A DNA stretch of 64,000 nt, from contig OZ244960.1 in NCBI GenBank assembly GCA_965222605.1, forward strand, positions 4,096,001 through 4,160,000, written 5' to 3'. This DNA comes from Candidatus Latescibacterota bacterium (GTDB lineage: Bacteria; Latescibacterota; UBA2968). This document shows positions 60,006-64,000 of the stretch, piece by piece. Positions within the stretch are counted from its first letter, which is position 1. Each line of letters starts with the position of its first letter. Below the pieces are notes generated by a model that saw only the letters and a list, made by a program, of their open reading frames with translations, ran no database searches and was not told where the DNA came from. The position numbers and the translations under genes are program-made.

Positions 60006-61211
60006 TTATCTTATCGCCTGGAAACTCGCCACCAGTGCTGCTGCAAATTCCGGATCGTTGATGTTATTCGACAGCCGTTTGATTTGTCGATTTTCCGTTT
60101 GTTCGATTTGTGCTTCTATGGTTTCAAATAATGCCTTATCTGCATCTGGATCGTGAAAGGGTTGTCCTTCGTCATCGATTAGCGATACGCCGTTTTCCGG
60201 AATTAGAATTTGAATTGGCCCTGTTGATCGGTTCAATTTGTTCGCTATCCATTCGGCGAACTGGCGGTTTTCATCCGCTGTTGTTCGCATCAATGTTACC
60301 TGTGCGTTGTGTACGTGGAGCGTGCGGTTTTTAAATTGTTCGGGTACGGTTTCTCTGGCACCAAAATTTACCATGTCGAGTGCGCCCAGGCTCACGACAT
60401 AAGGTATTTCACGTGCGAGAATGCGATCCATTCGCTCAGGTCCAGCGGGAAATACGCCGCCCACCACTTCGTCGGCCACTTCGGTTGTGGTAATATCCAG
60501 AACGCCGTCGATCATTCCACTTTCGACCAGTTTTTCCATTGCCTGTCCACCCGTACCTGTCGCGTGAAATACCAGGCAGTCATATCCGTCCTTTTCCAGT
60601 GCTTCCCGCACCATGGTTACACACGGCGTTGTCACGCCAAACATGGTCATTCCAAGCGTGGGTTTGTCTTCGGCCTCTGCAACAGTATTTACGACCATCC
60701 CTGCTATCGCATGCGCTGCATTGCCCAATACTTGCCGCGATACGCGGTTGATCCCGGCTACATCTACTACTGAATACATCATCGCTATATCACAACACCC
60801 CACATAAGGCTCGGTATTGCCACTGGCGACGGTCGATACCATCACTTTGGGCACGCCAATGGGCAATGCCTGCATCGCTGGCGTAATGAGTGCCGTGCCT
60901 CCGCTGCCTCCAATGCCGATAATACCTGCCACGTTGCCTTCTGCATATTCTTGCAACAAATAGGCGCACAATGCTTCTCCCATCGCTGTGACGGCTTCGC
61001 CCCGGTCCGTATGCCCGATTACTGCGTCCGTTCCTCCCGCGTGACAGGCCGCTACGGTTTCCCGCGATACATCCGGCGCTCCCTGTGCGTCGCTTTGCGT
61101 GCCTACATCTATGACTGTCACCTCTGCGCCCGCGTTTCGGATGCATTCGGCGACATACCCGATTTCTTCACCTTTGGTATCCATTGTCGCAATTGCGTAT
61201 ATACTGCCCAT
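60006..61211 (-). CDS. Tm-1-like ATP-binding domain protein (UPF0261)
   Basis: TMDTKGEE, GGSGGT, PKVMVSTVASG, TMFGVTTPC, FHATGTGG, GALDMVNF. Confidence 0.92.
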   Translation of the reverse strand: MGSIYAIATMDTKGEEIGYVAECIRNAGAEVTVIDVGTQSDAQGAPDVSRETVAACHAGGTDAVIGHTDRGEAVTAMGEALCAYLLQEYAEGNVAGIIGIGGSGGTALITPAMQALPIGVPKVMVSTVASGNTEPYVGCCDIAMMYSVVDVAGINRVSRQVLGNAAHAIAGMVVNTVAEAEDKPTLGMTMFGVTTPCVTMVREALEKDGYDCLVFHATGTGGQAMEKLVESGMIDGVLDITTTEVADEVVGGVFPAGPERMDRILAREIPYVVSLGALDMVNFGARETVPEQFKNRTLHVHNAQVTLMRTTADENRQFAEWIANKLNRSTGPIQILIPENGVSLIDDEGQPFHDPDADKALFETIEAQIEQTENRQIKRLSNNINDPEFAAALVASFQAIR

Positions 61212-61402
61212 TATACTCTCCTTGATTTGATATGTTGATTTTTAGCTAATAGCCCGTAAGTCCCATCGGCTTTAGCGATGGGTCGCATGGCGGAGGGCTT
61301 ACGAATTTATGGAGCGTTGCTTTAGCAGTGGGCATATCGCTAAGCGGCGATATAGATGCGGTACGCCAACCAGATTCTTCCTCTATTCCCCCGAAAAATG
61401 GC

Positions 61403-61431
61403 TTGACATAATATGTTCATAAGTATATATT
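61403..61431 (+). promoter_or_regulatory. Near-consensus sigma70 promoter for tnpB
   Basis: TTGACA-17 nt-TATATT ending 6 nt before the ATG; no SD seen, so possibly leaderless. Confidence 0.7.
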
Positions 61432-61437
61432 TTTATT

Positions 61438-62556
61438 ATGCTTAAGTCCTTTAAATACAGATTGCGCCCAACGAAAAAACAGGAGAAAATCCTACTGGCG
61501 CACATTGAAGAATGTCGCTTGCTGTATAACCAACTTATCTGTGCAAGAGTCCAAGCATGGGAAAAGAATAAAGAAAGTTTGTCGCGCTATGAGCAACAGG
61601 CGACATTGCCAATGCTGAAGCAACAGCGTAAGTCTTTTTCTCTTGTCTATTCTCAAGTTCTTCAACAAGTATGCCAGAGAGTAGATTGGGCATTCAAAGG
61701 CTTTTTTAACCGCCTCAAAGAGAGGGCAAAGACGGGCGAGAAAGCTGGCTTTCCAAGATACAAGGGTCAGAATCGCTATGATTCTATCACCTATCCTCAG
61801 TTTTCCAATGGATGTCGACTGGACGATAAGGGCTTGCGATTGAGCAAAATAGGCTGTATTCGGATTGTCCAGCACAGACCACTTGAGGGTATGCCTAAGT
61901 CTTGCACGCTCAGGCGCACAGCGACGGGCAAGTGGTTCGCGTCTATCTCTTGTGATATAGGCGACGCGCCTGAAAAAACAGACGCTGGCCCCGCCGTTGG
62001 CATTGACGTGGGACTTGATAATTTTGCTATGTTTTCTGATAAAGAAAAGATAGCAAATCCTCGCTTTTTTCGGCAAGAGGAAAAGGCGCTTGCCAAAGCA
62101 CAGCGCAAGTGGGACAAAGTAAAAAAAGTGTCGCCGAAGAAACGAGAGAGAGCACGTAAGACTGTTGCCAGAGTGCATGAGCGTATCCGTAATAGACGAC
62201 ATAATTTTGTGCATCAAGAAGCTCGGAAAGTAGTAAATAAGTATGGCTTTGTTGCAACAGAAAAGTTAGACGCTAAAAAGATGCAAAAGAATCGTCGCTT
62301 ATCAAAAAGCATCTCAGACGCAGCGTGGTCACTGTTTAGGCGTTGTCTCGAATACAAAGCGGAAGAAGCTGGTATTGGATTCAAGGCCGTTGATCCTGAA
62401 TACACCTCACAAGATTGCTCTTCTTGTGGACACCGCGAGAAGAAAGCACTCTCTGATCGTGTGCATCATTGCAAAAAGTGTGGCTATACATCAGACAGAG
62501 ACCTCAATGCTGCGATAAACATATTGACTTTGGGATTACAAAGTCAGGTGGCTTGA
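61438..62556 (+). CDS. tnpB: RNA-guided endonuclease TnpB
   Basis: N-terminal KSFKYRLRPT HTH, GFPRYK, RuvC GIDVG / ATEKL / DRDLNAAINI, CSSC-CKKC zinc ribbon. Confidence 0.95.
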   Translation: MLKSFKYRLRPTKKQEKILLAHIEECRLLYNQLICARVQAWEKNKESLSRYEQQATLPMLKQQRKSFSLVYSQVLQQVCQRVDWAFKGFFNRLKERAKTGEKAGFPRYKGQNRYDSITYPQFSNGCRLDDKGLRLSKIGCIRIVQHRPLEGMPKSCTLRRTATGKWFASISCDIGDAPEKTDAGPAVGIDVGLDNFAMFSDKEKIANPRFFRQEEKALAKAQRKWDKVKKVSPKKRERARKTVARVHERIRNRRHNFVHQEARKVVNKYGFVATEKLDAKKMQKNRRLSKSISDAAWSLFRRCLEYKAEEAGIGFKAVDPEYTSQDCSSCGHREKKALSDRVHHCKKCGYTSDRDLNAAINILTLGLQSQVA

Positions 62557-62593
62557 CCGCCAAGAAGCCCAACTGATTTAGTGTTGGGAGTAA

Positions 62594-64000
62594 TCACCTG
62601 CTATTCCATCGAATATTACCAGGTTCGGGAGAAGATAGCAATATCATCCCCTGCTTGCGCGCCCAGATGTGTGCGGCTTTGGCCAGCACGGGGTGGCCGG
62701 CATTTAGATATGTCAGGGCCATTTCCTCGGTGCCATACTGATTCAGAGCCTGGACGAGCAGAGGTTCTGATTCGGATATCCCGTTTCGGATGAAGAAGGC
62801 GTGCGCGGATGCTATGATCAGGATGCGTTTCTGTTCCAGGGCTTGCAGGAGTTTCTGGCTCGCCCTTGGCGTGGCAATCTCTCCCAGGGCCTCGGCACAG
62901 CGCCATTGCACTTCTGGTTCTGGATGGTCGAGATGCTGCAAAAAATAAGTTTCTATCCGCAGAGTCGATTCTCGTTCCCGCCAATTGGTATCCAGGCGGT
63001 CCAGTACCCGCACCATTCGCCGCGCCCATATCCGTCCCTTTCCGATAATCGCAATGAGAGAATCCGCCACAGACGCATCGCCGATTGATCCCAGAGCATC
63101 GGCTGCTGCCCAGCGCACTTCGGCGGACAGATCATTCAGCATTTTGAGCAGAGGATCTACAGCCCTGCGGTCTCCAATTTCTCCCAGAGCCTCGGTCGCA
63201 ATGCGCCGAACCTGTACCGACGAATCGTCCAACTGCTCAATTAGCAAGGCTGTTGCACGGGGATCCTTTAGCGCACCCAGAGTTTGTATTGTTCCCATGC
63301 GAAATACGCCGTGCTCTGCATCGGATAGGATGGTCATGAGCGATTCGACAGCGCGTGTATCGCGCAGTTCGCCCAGGGCCTGTGCAGCGGCAGAAACGAT
63401 GCCGGGTTCCGGATGTTCGAGGACTTTTACGAGTGGATCAACGGCGCGTGCATCACGCAGTTCGCCCAGGGCTTTTATAGCGACATATTGCACTTGTATG
63501 TTCGGATCTTTTAGTGCCTTAAGCAGAGACGGCACGACCCGGGCGTCTCCGATCTGCCCCAGGCTCTCGACAGCTTGCATCCGTGCTATCAGGTCTTCCG
63601 TCGCCAGTTGTGCGACAAAAAAGTCCATGGCTGCCCCGGCGTTCGCGCGCGTTCTCCAATCGGCATCCATTTCCGATAGTACCTGAACCACCTGATAGCG
63701 CGATTGATTTGGCATCTTCAATCCGTCAATTAGTCGGTTGATCGCCTCTTCAGCGGGTGCGGAAGTTTGCCACGATGGATCGATGGTATTGAGTGCCCAT
63801 ACCATTACCCGGCGCAGTTCTCTGTCTGCCTGCGGCAGAGCCTCAATCAGGGGTGCCAGAGCCTGCGGATTTTTCAAATGGGCGAGGGTCAGCGCGGCCA
63901 CCCACCGCACATCGCGTGCCCTATCGGATAGTGCAGTGGTCAGTGCCTGTACAGACCAGTCTCCGCCTGTGGTACCCAGACTTTGGAGTGCTCCCAGGCA
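62594..64000 (-). CDS. HEAT/PBS-lyase repeat protein, 5' end beyond window
   Basis: Many VR..AA.ALG.IGD.RAV.PL repeats; frame open from 64000. Confidence 0.92.
   Translation of the reverse strand, partial: CLGALQSLGTTGGDWSVQALTTALSDRARDVRWVAALTLAHLKNPQALAPLIEALPQADRELRRVMVWALNTIDPSWQTSAPAEEAINRLIDGLKMPNQSRYQVVQVLSEMDADWRTRANAGAAMDFFVAQLATEDLIARMQAVESLGQIGDARVVPSLLKALKDPNIQVQYVAIKALGELRDARAVDPLVKVLEHPEPGIVSAAAQALGELRDTRAVESLMTILSDAEHGVFRMGTIQTLGALKDPRATALLIEQLDDSSVQVRRIATEALGEIGDRRAVDPLLKMLNDLSAEVRWAAADALGSIGDASVADSLIAIIGKGRIWARRMVRVLDRLDTNWRERESTLRIETYFLQHLDHPEPEVQWRCAEALGEIATPRASQKLLQALEQKRILIIASAHAFFIRNGISESEPLLVQALNQYGTEEMALTYLNAGHPVLAKAAHIWARKQGMILLSSPEPGNIRWNSR

Larger units (their letters stand above)
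61239..62597 (+). mobile_element. IS200/IS605-family element carrying tnpB only (IS1341-like); left boundary approximate
   Basis: Left hairpin CCCATCG-GCTTTAG-CGATGGG (61262-61282); right end GAAG-CCCAAC...GTTGGG-AGTAA-TCAC (62564-62597); no tnpA seen. Confidence 0.85.

Noticed and set aside
61283-61400. tnpA remnant upstream of tnpB
   Set aside because: No HUH or Y1 motif recognised; only a second degenerate GCTTTAGC hairpin.
1-64000. CRISPR array, rRNA or tRNA genes
   Set aside because: No regularly spaced repeats, rRNA-like stretch or cloverleaf seen; intergenic spaces are short. A covariance search was not possible.
62594-64000. Nucleotide-level repeats
   Set aside because: Explained by HEAT protein repeats.

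Overview
A gene-dense bacterial chromosomal window of roughly average GC. It is dominated by catabolic and housekeeping genes: sulfatase, HAD, four Gfo/Idh/MocA oxidoreductases, two PhyH dioxygenases, a polyamine-type ABC system, pyrH-purD-purE, glcB, coaX, trmB and a betaine ABC system. This mix resembles marine Latescibacterota/Poribacteria-like heterotrophs (inference only). No rRNA, tRNA or CRISPR array was seen. The most notable accessory locus is 30.6-33.0 kb. There the 5' part of a SIR2-domain gene and the 3' end of a prokaryotic Argonaute PIWI domain flank an IS256 element with no target-site duplication. This looks like a SIR2/Argonaute (SPARSA-like) defence locus whose middle was deleted, and its predicted promoter is covered by a 34-bp palindrome. 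Other highlights: a MoxR-like AAA / GXGXG beta-helix / VWA three-gene module; a TnpB-only IS200/IS605 element whose right end supplies a host stop codon; an internally deleted YbdK-like minigene; a PhyH-Nudix-like fusion; an epimerase/GHMP-kinase/tandem-nucleotidyltransferase operon; and an exact 39-bp duplication of a gene start. All family calls come from motif recognition by eye, not database searches.
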